A DNA stretch of 64,000 nucleotides, from contig JAUFOQ010000002.1 in NCBI GenBank assembly GCA_040285855.1, positions 248,001-312,000 on the forward strand, given 5' to 3'. Position 1 is the first letter of the stretch. Each line of letters starts with the position of its first letter. The position numbers were made by a program, and so were the translations under genes. Positions 1 through 12,700 of the stretch are shown one piece after another. Origin of the DNA: Eukaryota sp. GEM-RC1 (lineage: Eukaryota). Below the pieces are notes generated by a model, which was not told where the DNA came from, did not search any database, and saw only the letters and a program-made list of their open reading frames with translations.

Positions 1-3000
1 CGAAGTGGAACATTCGATCGCTTTTAACATAGTACCGGGGTCTGCACCTGGGCTTATGTCGCTACCAAACATCAACTCGTAGGGGGAATGTCCCGTTACA
101 CTACTCTTAGTTGAATTGATTTGGAGCTGAACCGAAGGAATGTATGTTGACCAATTGTCGTAATCATTGAAATCTACAAGAAGACGGCGTAAACTTTGCA
201 GCACGTCTCTATGTCGTCGTTCCACCAGACCATTACTCTGGGAGAAATGAGGAATCGATCGACTGACTTCAATGGCCAGTAGGTTGCAAACTGCCTCGAT
301 TGTAGCGTTAGCAAACTCCTTGCCGTTATCACTATGGATACAGAACGGTATACCAAAAATAGCTATTACATCCCAAACCAGGCGATATGCTACTTCAGTG
401 CTATTCAGATCCTTAAGGGGGCTTAAAATGGTGTATCTGCTGAACGAGTCAACAAATACCAGTAGAAACTGGTTTCCATTTTGATCTTTTGGCAGAGGTC
501 CTATTGTGTCGACGTTAAGTCTTGCAAAAGGTCGATTAGCCCAGAGAGAACCCGTCGGCTCAATTGCCAGTTTACGGACAGGTGCCGTTTTCTGACAGGA
601 TGGACATCGATTCACGTGGTTGATCATGTCAACCTTCATGCTAGGCCAAAAGTAGCCACTATTGAACAGCTTTTCCAAACTATTTTTCAAGTTAGGGTGA
701 CCAGACTGGACGAGTCCGTGGAGCATGTAGAGGACTTTCTTACGTAAGCTCGACGGTATCAGTATCTTATTCTTGCTGTTAACGTAAGTCTTGCTCTTAG
801 GAAAAGGTTAGCTTTTGTGAATAAAGTGTCTTTTGCTTTTTTTTGCCGTTAGCTGCTCAGCTCTGATGGTTGATAGCCATGAGTTGAACAGGGGCAACTT
901 GCCATCTGTTGAAAGTTCACGGAGGTTGCTAATTACATAAACTGAGTTGTCATGTGGTTGAGACTCGATGTAGTTAGCTTCATCATATCTCAAATCATTA
1001 CGATTGAGTGTGATGTGATCCTCGGTGTGACGTTCAATCAGATTTACTGATTTGATTGTTTCCACTGGATTGCGGTCAATAACGCGAGAGAGCATGTCAG
1101 CCCAGTGGTTGTCTTCTCCTGCAACGTGTTCAATCTCAAAACTAAACTCGGATAAGATGGGGATCCAACGTTTTACGATCCTATTCTTTTCTGGAGCGGA
1201 TATGAGAAAGGAAAGGTTCCTGTGATCACTGAAGATCACCAAGTGTCTACTTATGAGGAAGCTTTCTAGGTTTGATTCAGTCAGAATCAGCAAGATTGCG
1301 TACAGCTTTTTCTGGATAGCTGACCAATTTTGCTGACTGTCGTTAAGGAGTCGGCTATAGAAGGATACCGGTTTTACCTTGCGATCCTTCAGTGGAGTGC
1401 CGGGTGGAGCTGGGGGTTTTCTTCCTGCCAGATGACTCCTCCTACGGCGATGTCCGAAGCGTCTGTCGATATGATAATGTTCTTATCTTCGTCAGGTAAG
1501 TCTAGAGCCATGTTATTGATTATCAACCGTTTTATTTCGTTTAATAAGTTTTCATGTTCGTCTGTCCAGTAAATCTTCTTTGGTTTGTCTCTGGTTAGTT
1601 TAATAATCGGTGACATCAGGTCCGAGAAATTCGGGATCCAATCACGGATGTAATTCAACGCACCAATGAGACTTCGAACCTCAGGAAGTGTCTTGGGGGA
1701 CGGTAGACTCTTTAAAGCCGAGACCCTACTCTCGTCAATGTGACGGGTTTTGTTCACAAAGTCGCTGCCTAGAATCTTTATTTTATGACTTGAAGTCGTG
1801 AAATGACACTTCTTTAAGCCAAACCGTACTCGGTAGCGTCTGGCGCGTTCAAGTACGTTTGCGATTCTTGAAAGAAACTCTTCGAAGGTGTTGCCAATGA
1901 CAATTATATCGTCGATATAGATGAACACACCTTCACAACTGAAGATTTCCATCATGATGTTTTGGAAGATTGCAGGTACATTCTTCAAACCAAAACATGC
2001 TCGTTTGAAGCTAATTGACATGCCTGGAATAGACAGAGTGGTCTTATCGACGTCCTCGTCAGCTACTTTTAGCTGCCAGAAGGCTTTTGGGAGGTCGAGT
2101 GTTCCAATGAAATTTGCTTTCGATAGGAACTCCAGGGTATCGCAAATCCTTGGAAGGTTCGGCTTCACAGGTTTGGTATTAGCATTGATCCCATCAAGTC
2201 CACTGAAATCTCCAGTTAAACGAGGCTTGCGGTGGTCATTGTAGACGACCAAGACTATGGGACTGCTGAACTTTCCGTTTGACGGTACGGCCCATCCTTT
2301 ACGTATTAATTCATTAAAAATCTCCTCGGCTACCCGTTGTTTTGTGGGATTTAGCTTCCGGGGAGGACGAAAGACAGTGACGTTTTCGTCATAGAAGGGG
2401 ATTGACATCGGAGAGCAGTCTATGCCATCGGGGTCAATGTCTTCTGAAAAAACGTCTGCGTACTCACTTAGTGTTTTCAGCAATGTCTCTCTTCGAGTGG
2501 TGTCATCAAGACGAATGATACAGCCAGAATCATCTATGAATCGTTCAAAATCGGAACCTGAGTTTGGATTTGATTGAGAGTTGCCGTTCACATCGTTAGA
2601 AACATTCAAAATTGATTGATTCCCGATGGAATTTGGAGGAGTTATCATCCTTGCGTCAAATTCACTCTCTGCGTTCAGGATAGTGCGGTGCTCTTTGTCT
2701 AGTTGAATAACTAAACCATCATCCGTCAGGAGTCCAAGTTCGTTAAGCAGGTCACGTCCTATTAAAAATATTCCGGTACCAGGAATTACAGGAAGACAGT
2801 GCTTCATGTGAACGTTGATGGCCAGACTCCCGACGTTGAACGTCAGTGTACCAATTGCACTCCCCAGGGATGTTGCACGAATATTATTCGCTGAAAGGTA
2901 GTCGATGCTGTCATCGATCATATCCATTCTCACAGAGACGGGCTAAATCTTGTGTAATGACAGAGCATGTTGCAGCTGTGTCAAATTCGCCGGTTACTGG

Positions 3001-3432
3001 CACATTGTTGATCAACAGTCGAAAAGATAGGGACCCTTTTCCACTATCATCGACCCCTAGGTTCTGTAAGCTGTTTATTTTGTTACCACTACCCAGTGAG
3101 TCTAAGGACGCTATGGGGTTTGAGTATTCTAGAGGGGTGTTGTCGATTTTGTTAAGTTGAAAAATGTAATTACTATCTTTATTTGATTTTTTTGAACTTC
3201 TATCGTCACCAGCTCTCCGTTTGTGTTGTCGTTGGGGTTGCTCTGCTTTCTTTGAGCGGCAGTCTTTGGCAAGATGACCCTTCTTGTTACAATTGTAACA
3301 AACGACTTCGTCTCTAGGACCTCTTCTTTGGTCCTGAGATTGATCTCTTTTCTTGGAGCCTCTGTGTTGGCGTCTTTCGGCCGGCTTTTCAGATGGACGA
3401 GACGTGCTGACAGTGGCGGAAGAGCGTTTCAA
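1..3432 (-). pseudogene. pol: family A NC-PR-RT-RH-IN polyprotein, split by single-base frameshifts
   Basis: ORFs 2911-3432, 1389-2933 and 808-1293, plus an integrase frame read manually over 1-~800 (HGLVQSGHP...CPSCQK...NVDTIGP...IHSDNGKEF...NGLVERRH). Frameshifts mostly lie at homopolymers. Confidence 0.9.
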
Positions 3433-5923
3433 TCGATGTACGCGGCCTTGAGTTCATTAATAAACTGAGGCAATTCGTACTGATTGTCTCTAGAAGTGAG
3501 ACGATCAACCCAATGAATTTTCAGATCCGTTAATAGGGATGATTCACCTTGGGGATCTAACTTCTTTAGCATGACGTCGGCAATTAAATTTGCGGGGACA
3601 TGTTTGCGTTCGCTTTGGTGGACTGCGGGAACAGCAGTTGACCGTTGAATGATTGTAATCACACCTTTCAAATAGGCATTGATTGCTTGAGTGGGCTCTT
3701 GGCTAAGAGTGCACTGAACTCTCTTGAGGGCCTGGATGGCCGTCGAAGAGGAGGGAAATTGAGTCAGTAGAAGGATGTATAACCAAAGTTTCTCATCACT
3801 CGTACCTTCCATCTCCAATTCATTCAGCATTCTCCAAGAGTAAATCAGTTCTGTGCTAATAAACTTAGAACATTCAGATGGGTCTACTTCTTTGAGAGAA
3901 GTGCGTACTAGGTCGAAGCCATGTACAGGTTCACCTAACTCAGTAGAATAGGGGCCATCACCTTGACCACGAATTTCTTTTGACCAGTACGTAAAATCTA
4001 AGATAAAATTTAAAATTTTCTTCGGGTCCTCACTGTCTAGAGTTTTTGGACGGAATTTGTTTTTAGATTTTAAAATCGATTTAGACGTTTTGGGGTGACC
4101 ACGGCCAGAGATAGCAGAGGAGGTCAGATGAGATGTTCCTTGGTCTTCTTCGGAGGAGCTTGGTTCCTCGGGTTCAGATGGGGATAGCTCTCGACGACTC
4201 TCTTCTCGGCGTTTCCATTCTTCTTGCTTGCGTTCGAATTCTTTTCGTGCTGAAGCAGGACTAGGACTATACACTGGAGGTCTATATCCGGGTGGTGTCG
4301 GTGATAGTGAAGGTGGACGTAGAACAGTAGTTCTTTCCTTCTGTTTCACTCTTGGAGTTTTTTCCAGTTGACTTGTTGTCAAGGGATCTCTCGAAGAAGC
4401 ACTACTTTCCTGACGAGTGAGTTCGTCGAATTCCAACTTATCGATTTCCTCAGTTGTACCCAAGGTTCGGTCCAGAATTTTGTAGACGATCACTGTTTCA
4501 GGGCGTTTGCTTTGACCTGGATATTCTTCTTGAGACGGAAGTTTCGTTGAATCAAGAAGTTCGCGGTCATCATGCAGGGCAGCATGGATTTGCCGTTCCC
4601 TTTTATTAGAACCCTCAGTAGGATCGATCAATTGGTCGCCTCTCATTCCGAAAGGGACGATTGTTCCATATCTAGTGGGAGGCATAATACTATAAACTTG
4701 CTCAGACGATTTGCCAGGAGGTAAGTTGTCGTATACGGGGGTTTCGGGAAGCCACGCTGTGCTTATTGCAACATCTCTGCATGCAGCTTTCTTAGTGGAC
4801 AAGCTGTATTGGTACCATGCTGGATACTCATATACCAAACTCTGTCCGGATGGATGAACCGTTTCCATCAGTGGTTCGACTGAGATTCCATGAGCTGGAT
4901 CCCAGGATTCACTAACGGGAAATCTATACGTGTCCCCGCGACGTGGGTCAAACTTACCTGCAAGGTAACGAGTGATTACTTCTGGGGGAGTCATAGGAGG
5001 TACATTTCTGATTAGGAAGTGCTTGGCTTCCTTCAATCTTTGACGAAGAAGCACATTGAAGGGATCGAACTTGGCCATTTGCCACAGTTGGCGATCGTCA
5101 ATTCCAATGAGCGAGTCCTGGCTACTGGCGAACGGAATGAGCTCATTCGGTATCGCTGCTCTGTGCCAATTTTGCGGGTTTCGAGATGACTCGGGGAACT
5201 GGCGTTGGACTAGCTTTGCCTTCTCTGCGTTGTTATATCTCCTGCGCTCCTCGTCGGTCATATGTTTATGGGACTGAATAGCCCAACCATGAGTAGGTTT
5301 GGCATATAACAACGTTTTGGCATATAACAACGTGTTGACCTTGTCGGCTGCAGCTTTTAGTTCTTTCTGCGTTGCTTCAAGACGTAGTTTATGGAACTCA
5401 CGTTCTTCCTCCCGTGACAAATCTTCAATTTGAACGACGTCAGGGGATATGACAGAGGAACCAGCCAGAGGACCGTGAGAGGTTGTCTGATTAGCAGCGA
5501 CATCCAAAGCACCTTGAGGGGTTGTTTGGGGAGTTGATTCGTCCAAAGCACCTTGAGGGGTTGTTTGGGAAATATAACCATCCAGAGGACCTTGAGAGGT
5601 TGTCTGGGAATCTTCCAGAGGACTTTGACCAGTTGTCTGGGGAACATCCAGAGGACCTTGAGAGGTTGTCTGGGAATCATCCAGAGGACCAGGATTGGTT
5701 GTCTGGGAATCTTTTAGTGGAGCTTCATCTCCTCTGGAACCAGGTGGGGAACCAGAAGGACTTCGAATGCGAGGACCAAACATGGTTGTCGCTTCTCCTT
5801 CATCTCGAGGGCTTCTAGAAGCTGTCGAGGGATCTTCAGTTCGAGGACTCTTACGAGCTGTCGAATCTTCGTCGCTTCTACCACTAGAAGGACAATAATT
5901 ATTGATACCTGAATAGGTAGACA
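3429..5923 (-). CDS. gag: family A Gag-like protein with N-terminal Ser/Thr/Pro repeats
   Basis: Long ORF upstream of the CCHC knuckle. It shares a motif with the family B Gag (GEPVHGFDLVR vs GEPLHGLDLAR). The ORF-track extension to 6080 is antisense LINE sequence. Confidence 0.75.
5465..5713 (-). repeat. 33/39-bp coding tandem repeat (7 units, SQTTSQGPLD-type) in family A gag
   Basis: Units of the form ccagaggaccttgagaggttgtctgggaatc.. (4x33 bp and 3x39 bp). Repeated at ~14041-14290. Confidence 0.9.
5903..5923 (-). repeat. putative ultra-short (21-bp) 5' LTR or LTR remnant of family A
   Basis: TGTCTACCTATTCAGGTATCA on the minus strand has TG..CA ends and an internal TACCT/AGGTA inverted repeat. 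It ends ATCA + ATA..TATTG like the family B LTR, and the flanking LINE frame resumes exactly at 5924. Confidence 0.5.
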
Positions 5924-6183
5924 TGCCCATTTGCGATTTCCGTATATGGTAGATTAGGCAAATTGGCCTTGAAGTTCCTTGATGAATTTGCAAAAGTTGT
6001 AGCTCGTAGAACCAACAAAATATTTGATCGTTCTTTTGGCAGAACTGAATTGTCTTTACGATTCTAAAGGCAGTTCCCACAATGATTTCAAAAGCTTTGT
6101 TATCCCTAAGTGTGTTTTATGAAGACAAAGCTTCAACAAGGTTCGATTCGAAGGAATCTGATTTTGATGATATTGAGTATTAG
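5924..6183 (+). pseudogene. 3' remnant of an RLE non-LTR retrotransposon (target of the family A insertion)
   Basis: Translates CPFAISVYGRLGKLALKFLDEFAKVVARRTNKIFDRSFWQN*IVFTILKAVPTMISKALLSLSVFYEDK...DFDDIEY*, homologous to the LINE C-termini at 26580-26912 and 55931-56281. A T-rich tail follows. Confidence 0.85.
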
Positions 6184-6977
6184 ATCATTTTTTTTATTTT
6201 TGAATAGATATAATTGGAAAATAATTGATAAAGATGAATTTTCTCTGTTCCGACAATGTACAATCTGTACTGTGGTTTAAGAGTAGATGAAGATGTAGAG
6301 AATTAAATATCCTATAACTACTGGTTAGTAATACCCTAGATTACTTTATACTATTTGTAATTATAAACATGTACTTCCTTAATTTATGTCAATTAAAAAT
6401 TAAAGTGGTTTAATTTAAATGCTATAATTGAATAGAAAGAAGCACTTTACTTTAATTGTGGTTTGAAACCACATTCGACAAGATTCTTCAGTGTTGGTTA
6501 ACACTTGATCCTTCAGTTCTAACATCCGTTGGAGGGCTTAAGTGAATATGGTGTATTTTAATAGACTTTGGTTTCCTTTAGAGTGTGTTTCTTATCGTGT
6601 TGTTTTTATATCATATTTTTCACTTACTGCATTGTTGTGTCAGCAATTACGTTTACTGCATGAATTCATGGAATTCAGATAGTTTCAATTATTTGTGAAA
6701 TTACTACAATTGCCGGAGAATTTCTGTAGTTCTTGAGAGTCCTTCGAATTATGCAAAGAGTAGCTGTAAAGTTACAAACCCACCCCATGTCATGTTGTGA
6801 AGTTCCCTCAAGTATGTAACACATGTTAACATATTTTGTGTCGTGTTTTTTCTAATAGGTCTTAGAACGCTTTCGTCGACGAATACATTGTATTTTGAAT
6901 ATTGACAATTTTGAATACAAATCTTACAGTACGAAAAGCAGTTTATTGATGGAGGTTACAAAAATTCATATCATAAT

Positions 6978-7490
6978 AAAAGCTATGAAACACTAGACAC
7001 CGAAAATTCCTGGTCAACAGTACCACAGTTTGTATACAACTTTGTGAAAATTGATTTAAAAACTTAGGCACCGAACGGAACAAAGAAAAAATCAAACGGT
7101 TATGCCAAATTGATAAGTTAAATCTCTTATTCTGAGACTTACACATAGATCCAAAATCAGTTAAAAACTTGGAAGCCATTTCACCAATACTACCGAAAAT
7201 AGAAATAGCAAATGGAACAAATATAAATTTTGAATATAAATTTTGATTAAGTTTAGCAACATCTTTGGAATACAAATCAATTACATTGTATACGTTTTTC
7301 AGCTGTTTCTAGGTGATTGAAACCTTTTGAATTCAAGCCATTAACATAAGTTTGAGCACATGGATCTACTGTTGTAACATCAAGGATAATTTGACTAGAA
7401 TCAACAAAAGGACCATGTAAGTCACCTCGACGAGAATTAATATTTCAATCAAGACCCAACTTACTAAATAGAGGTTAATCTTACAGTATG
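6978..7490 (-). pseudogene. RLE non-LTR retrotransposon endonuclease-domain fragment
   Basis: RRGDLHGPFVDSSQIILDVTTVDPC...ETAEKR...FVPFAISIFGSIG...WHNRLIFSLFRS, across frameshifts. Confidence 0.85.
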
Positions 7491-7535
7491 TTTTAAATAT
7501 AAATTTTAAAATATATATAGTACAACTCCTATTGT

Positions 7536-7724
7536 CTACTGTTTGTGAGAACGCAAAGCAATGTCTTCTAACAGTCGATTCAGTAGAAGATACGATATCA
7601 CCAGTATGTACATAGTCCCTACAACTGGCCAAATAGAATCAAGGTAATAGCTTTCCTCCTGGTAGACAGTTAAAGACTGGCTTTGAGCAACTACAGAAAC
7701 TACAAAGAACAGAAGACACAACAT
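7536..7724 (-). CDS. small 62-aa putative signal-peptide + single-TM protein, copy 1
   Basis: ATG start, hydrophobic N-terminus MLCLLFFVVSVVA and a second hydrophobic stretch IWPVVGTMYILVISYLLL. Divergent from the PiT gene (87 bp apart) and identical in the duplicate. Confidence 0.4.
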   Translation of the reverse strand: MLCLLFFVVSVVAQSQSLTVYQEESYYLDSIWPVVGTMYILVISYLLLNRLLEDIALRSHKQ

Positions 7725-7811
7725 GAAAGAATTGCGAAGACTTTCTGGGATTTCTGATCATCAACATTTGATGAGGTGATTGCCCTCATTTACCAAACCA
7801 TTCCTTAATTG

Positions 7812-9444
7812 ATGGATATTTCTCTTGAAGAGTGTCGGACAGGGATCACTTCTACTCTTTTTACTGGAAATGTCTTTGTTGTCATTGGTACTCTTGTTTG
7901 TTCTCTATTCTCCGGTATTGTACCTATTGTTTGCTTACTCTAGCCGCTATCGGAGCAAATGACGTCGCCAATTCTGTAGGCACCTCCATCGGTTCTGGCG
8001 TGGTTACTATGCGTCAAGGAATCCTCATTGCTTTCGTCTTTGAATTTCTTGGAGCTTTCTTTTTAGGTTCAACAGTTGTTTCCACAGTTTCTTCTGGAAT
8101 CACCAATGTAAAATACTTCACGGTTCCTGTCCATTTCATGGCTGGAATGTTTTCTGCCATGTTCTCAGGCTTTTTGTGGTTAATCACTGCTACTCTTTTC
8201 TCACTTCCAGTCTCAACCACCCACTCCATTGTCGGAGCAGTCATTGGTTTTGCCGTAGTATCTCAAGGTTGGACCAGCGTAGTTTGGTCAAGTGTTGCCA
8301 AGATTGCTGCTAGTTGGGTGATCTCTCCCTGTTTAGGTGGTACGATCTCATTCCTCCTTTTAAGATCACCACCGGCCTCTGCTTCAAAACAGACAATCCC
8401 ATTACTCAAACCATCAAAATGATGCCCATCTTCTTTGGCGTCTCCCTCTTCATCTTCGCTCTCTTCTTCGTTAGCAAAGGCCTCTCTAATGTCATTAGTC
8501 TTACTCTGTTGGAGTCATTCCTCACTGCCATTGTTGTGGGATTGCTCTCCTACATTGTCCACGTGATCTTCTTCAGACCACGAATGAGAACGGAAATTCC
8601 TGAAGATATGCTAGACAAACACAGATCTCTCCTTTCTATTGACATTCTTAGGCCCAATACTTCTATTGATATGAACGCAATCAAGACCGCTCCCCAATCA
8701 GACTCATCACAGGAAGAGGCTGACGTGATTCTGGAAGTCGAAGGTGATAAAGAGGAAGTTGTTGACCAGGGTGAAGTTGTTGTTTCCAATAGATCTTCCA
8801 CTGGTACTGGTCTCAATGAGACTGAGAAGGAAGAAGAAAACAAGGATGAACCAGTCGAAGTACTGGATGAAGAGCTACAAAAGACCTTGTATAAGAAACT
8901 CCAGACCAAGTCTGCTGACAAGCTGTTTGCTCCATTGATGGTTTTGTCCTGTATGTTCTTAGCCACTGCACATGGAAGTAATGATATCGTATGAATGATA
9001 TCTTCGAACAACTTACTCTAGGCTAACTCAATCGGACCTTATGCTGCAATCCTGACTACCTTTAGAACTCATTCAGTTGATGGTGAAGCTGAAGTACCTC
9101 CTGCAGCCCTAGCATTGGGGGCAGTGAGTTTAACCATTGGTTTAGCTGTACTGGGACATAAGGTTATTCAAACAATTGGTAAGAAGTTAACCAAGATTAC
9201 TGCTCTTAATGGATCTGTTATTCAAATCTCTGCTGCTGCAACTGTGTTAGTTGGGAGTGCCCTTGGATTACCTATTTCCACTAGTCATATTCTAATTGGT
9301 GCTGTTATTGGCCAAGCTTTAGCTAGAAAGACTTCTGTTAATTGGAAAATGGTGAGAGGAATTATCTACTCTTGGCTGCTTACTTTGCCTGTAGCAAGTC
9401 TTACATCTGCTCTGATTTATCATTTATTGACCTTTGGGTTGTAG
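7812..9444 (+). CDS. PiT/PHO4 (SLC20) inorganic phosphate transporter, copy 1; introns 7915-7943 and 8989-9021
   Basis: GANDVAN, PVSTTHSIVG, HGSNDIAN and LGLPISTSH motifs. Splicing two GT..AG introns restores the frame. One T-homopolymer frameshift near 8357. Confidence 0.93.
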
Positions 9445-9783
9445 TTACCTTCATTATTAGTTTTACATTTATTTGGGATTTTTATTTCTAAGTAAATCTA
9501 TATATCATATGTATAAACACCAATAGAAACTCTCTTTGAAAAGAAGAATCTTTGTAATTGAAGAATAATTGTTTATGCATGTCGGAAAATGTCACCCAAG
9601 TAATTTCTTATCTTGTTTTAAGTCAAAACTTTTAACAGAAATTTCGACACGAATAAATTAGTAATAAAAATCAATAAAACTGAACTTCAGCTCAATGGTT
9701 CAAAGCACCTTGTAATTGAGCTAAACTGAATTGATAAACATCTCCAATCAAAACTCATTAATGATCGTAAACAACAATAGATA

Positions 9784-12700
9784 TTCTGGAGCGGATATGA
9801 GAAAGGAAAGGTTCCTGTGATCAGTGAAGATCACCAAGTGTCTACTTATGAGGAAGCTTTCTAGGTTTGATTCAGTCAGAATCAGCAAGATTGCGTACAG
9901 CTCTTTCTGGATAGCTGACCAATTTTGCTGACTGTCGTTAAGGAGTCGGCTATAGAAGGATACCGGTTTTACCTTGCGATCCTTCAGTGGAGTGCCGGGT
10001 GGAGCTGGGGGTTTTCTTCCTGCCAGATGACTCCTCCTACGGCGATGTCCGAAGCGTCTGTCGATATGATAATGTTCTTATCTTCGTCAGGTAAGTCTAG
10101 AGCCATGTTATTGATTATCAACCGTTTTATTTCGTTTAATAAGTTTTCATGTTCGTCTGTCCAGTAAATCTTCTTTGGTTTGTCTCTGGTTAGTTTAATA
10201 ATCGGTGACATCAGGTCCGAGAAATTCGGGATCCAATCACGGATGTAATTCAACGCACCAATGAGACTTCGAACCTCAGGAAGTGTCTTGGGGGACGGTA
10301 GACTCTTTAAAGCCGAGACCCTACTCTCGTCAATGTGACGGGTTTTGTTCACAAAGTCGCTGCCTAGAATCTTTATTTTATGACTTGAAGTCGTGAAATG
10401 ACACTTCTTTAAGCCAAACCGTACTCGGTAGCGTCTGGCGCGTTCAAGTACGTTTGCGATTCTTGAAAGAAACTCTTCGAAGGTGTTGCCAATGACAATT
10501 ATATCGTCGATATAGATGAACACACCTTCACAACTGAAGATTTCCATCATGATGTTTTGGAAGATTGCAGGTACATTCTTCAAACCAAAACATGCTCGTT
10601 TGAAGCTAATTGACATGCCTGGAATAGACAGAGTGGTCTTATCGACGTCCTCGTCAGCTACTTTTAGCTGCCAGAAGGCTTTTGGGAGGTCGAGTGTTCC
10701 AATGAAATTTGCTTTCGATAGGAACTCCAGGGTATCGCAAATCCTTGGAAGGTTCGGCTTCACAGGTTTGGTATTAGCATTGATCCCATCAAGTCCACTG
10801 AAATCTCCAGTTAAACGAGGCTTGCGGTGGTCATTGTAGACGACCAAGACTATGGGACTGCTGAACTTTCCGTTTGACGGTACGGCCCATCCTTTACGTA
10901 TTAATTCATTAAAAATCTCCTCGGCTACCCGTTGTTTTGTGGGATTTAGCTTCCGGGGAGGACGAAAGACAGTGACGTTTTCGTCATAGAAGGGGATTGA
11001 CATCGGAGAGCAGTCTATGCCATCGGGGTCAATGTCTTCTGAAAAAACGTCTGCGTACTCACTTAGTGTTTTCAGCAATGTCTCTCTTCGAGTGGTGTCA
11101 TCAAGACGAATGATACAGCCAGAATCATCTATGAATCGTTCAAAATCGGAACCTGAGTTTGGATTTGATTGAGAGTTGCCGTTCACATCGTTAGAAACAT
11201 TCAAAATTGATTGATTCCCGATGGAATTTGGAGGAGTTATCATCCTTGCGTCAAATTCACTCTCTGCGTTCAGGATAGTGCGGTGCTCTTTGTCTAGTTG
11301 AATAACTAAACAATCATCCGTCAGGAGTCCAAGTTCGTTAAGCAGGTCACGTCCTATTAAAAATATTCCGGTACCAGGAATTACAGGAAGACAGTGCTTC
11401 ATGTGAACGTTGATGGCCAGACTCCCGACGTTGAACGTCAGTGTACCAATTGCACTCCCCAGGGATGTTGCACGAATATTATTCGCTGAAAGGTAGTCGA
11501 TGCTGTCATCGATCATATCCATTTCACCGAGACGGGCTAAATCTTGTGTAATGACAGAGCATGTTGCAGCTGTGTCAAATTCGCCGGTTACTGGCACATT
11601 GTTGATCAACAGTCGAAAAGATAGGGACCCTTTTCCACTATCATCGACCCCTAGGTTCTGTAAGCTGTTTATTTTGTTACCACTACCCAGTGAGTCTAAG
11701 GACGCTATGGGGTTTGAGTATTCTAGAGGGGTGTTGTCGATTTTGTTAAGTTGAAAAATGTAATTACTATCTTTATTTGATTTTTTTGAACTTCTATCGT
11801 CACCAGCTCTCCGTTTGTGTTGTCGTTGGGGTTGCCCTGCTTTCTTTGAGCGGCAGTCTTTGGCAAGATGACCCTTCTTGTTACAATTGTAACAAACGAC
11901 TTCGTCTCTAGGACCTCTTCTTTGGTCCTGAGATTGATCTCTTTCTTGGAGCCTCTGTGTTGGCGTCTTTCGGCCGGCTTTTCAGATGGACGAGACGTGC
12001 TGACAGTGGCGGAAGAGCGTTTCAATCGATGTACGCGGCCTTGAGTTCATTAATAAACTGAGGCAATTCGTACTGATTGTCTCTAGAAGTGAGACGATCA
12101 ACCCAATGAATTTTCAGATCCGTTAATAGGGATGATTCACCTTGGGGATCTAACTTCTTTAGCATGACGTCGGCAATTAAATTTGCGGGGACATGTTTGC
12201 GTTCGCTTTGGTGGACTGCAGGAACAGCAGTTGACCGTTGAATGATTGTAATCACACCTTTCAAATAGGCATTGATTGCTTGAGTGGGCTCTTGGCTAAG
12301 AGTGCACTGAACTCTCTTGAGGGCCTGGATGGCCGTCGAAGAGGAGGGAAATTGAGTCAGTAGAAGGATGTATAACCAAAGTTTCTCATCACTCGTACCT
12401 TCCATCTCCAATTCATTCAGCATTCTCCAAGAGTAAACCAGTTCTGTGCTAATAAACTTAGAACATTCAGATGGGTCTACTTCTTTGAGAGAAGTGCGTA
12501 CTAGGTCGAAGCCATGTACAGGTTCACTTAACTCAGTAGAATAGGGGCCATCACCTTGACCACGAATTTCTTTTGACCAGTACGTGAAATCTAAGATAAA
12601 ATTTAAAATTTTCTTCGGGTCCTCACTGTCTAGAGTTTTTGGACGGAATTTGTTTTTAGATTTTAAAATCGATTTAGACGTTTTGGGGTGACCACGGCCA

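Larger units (their letters stand above)
1..5923 (-). mobile_element. Ty3/Gypsy LTR retrotransposon, family A, copy 1 (3' end runs off the window)
   Basis: Minus-strand order gag - CCHC knuckle (CYNCNKKGHLAKDC) - protease (FDTAAT) - RT (LDLPKAFWQL, FGLKNVPA, YIDD) - RNase H (TDASD, DHRNL, ADMLSR) - integrase (H..H..CPSC, VDTIGP, HSDNG, NGLVER). Integrase after RNase H is the Gypsy order. The 5' end abuts a LINE remnant at 5924. Confidence 0.95.

Noticed and set aside
5924..6080. N-terminal extension of the 883-aa Gag ORF (MGTAFRIV...)
   Set aside because: It is the antisense of the LINE remnant flanking the element and starts at a GTG.
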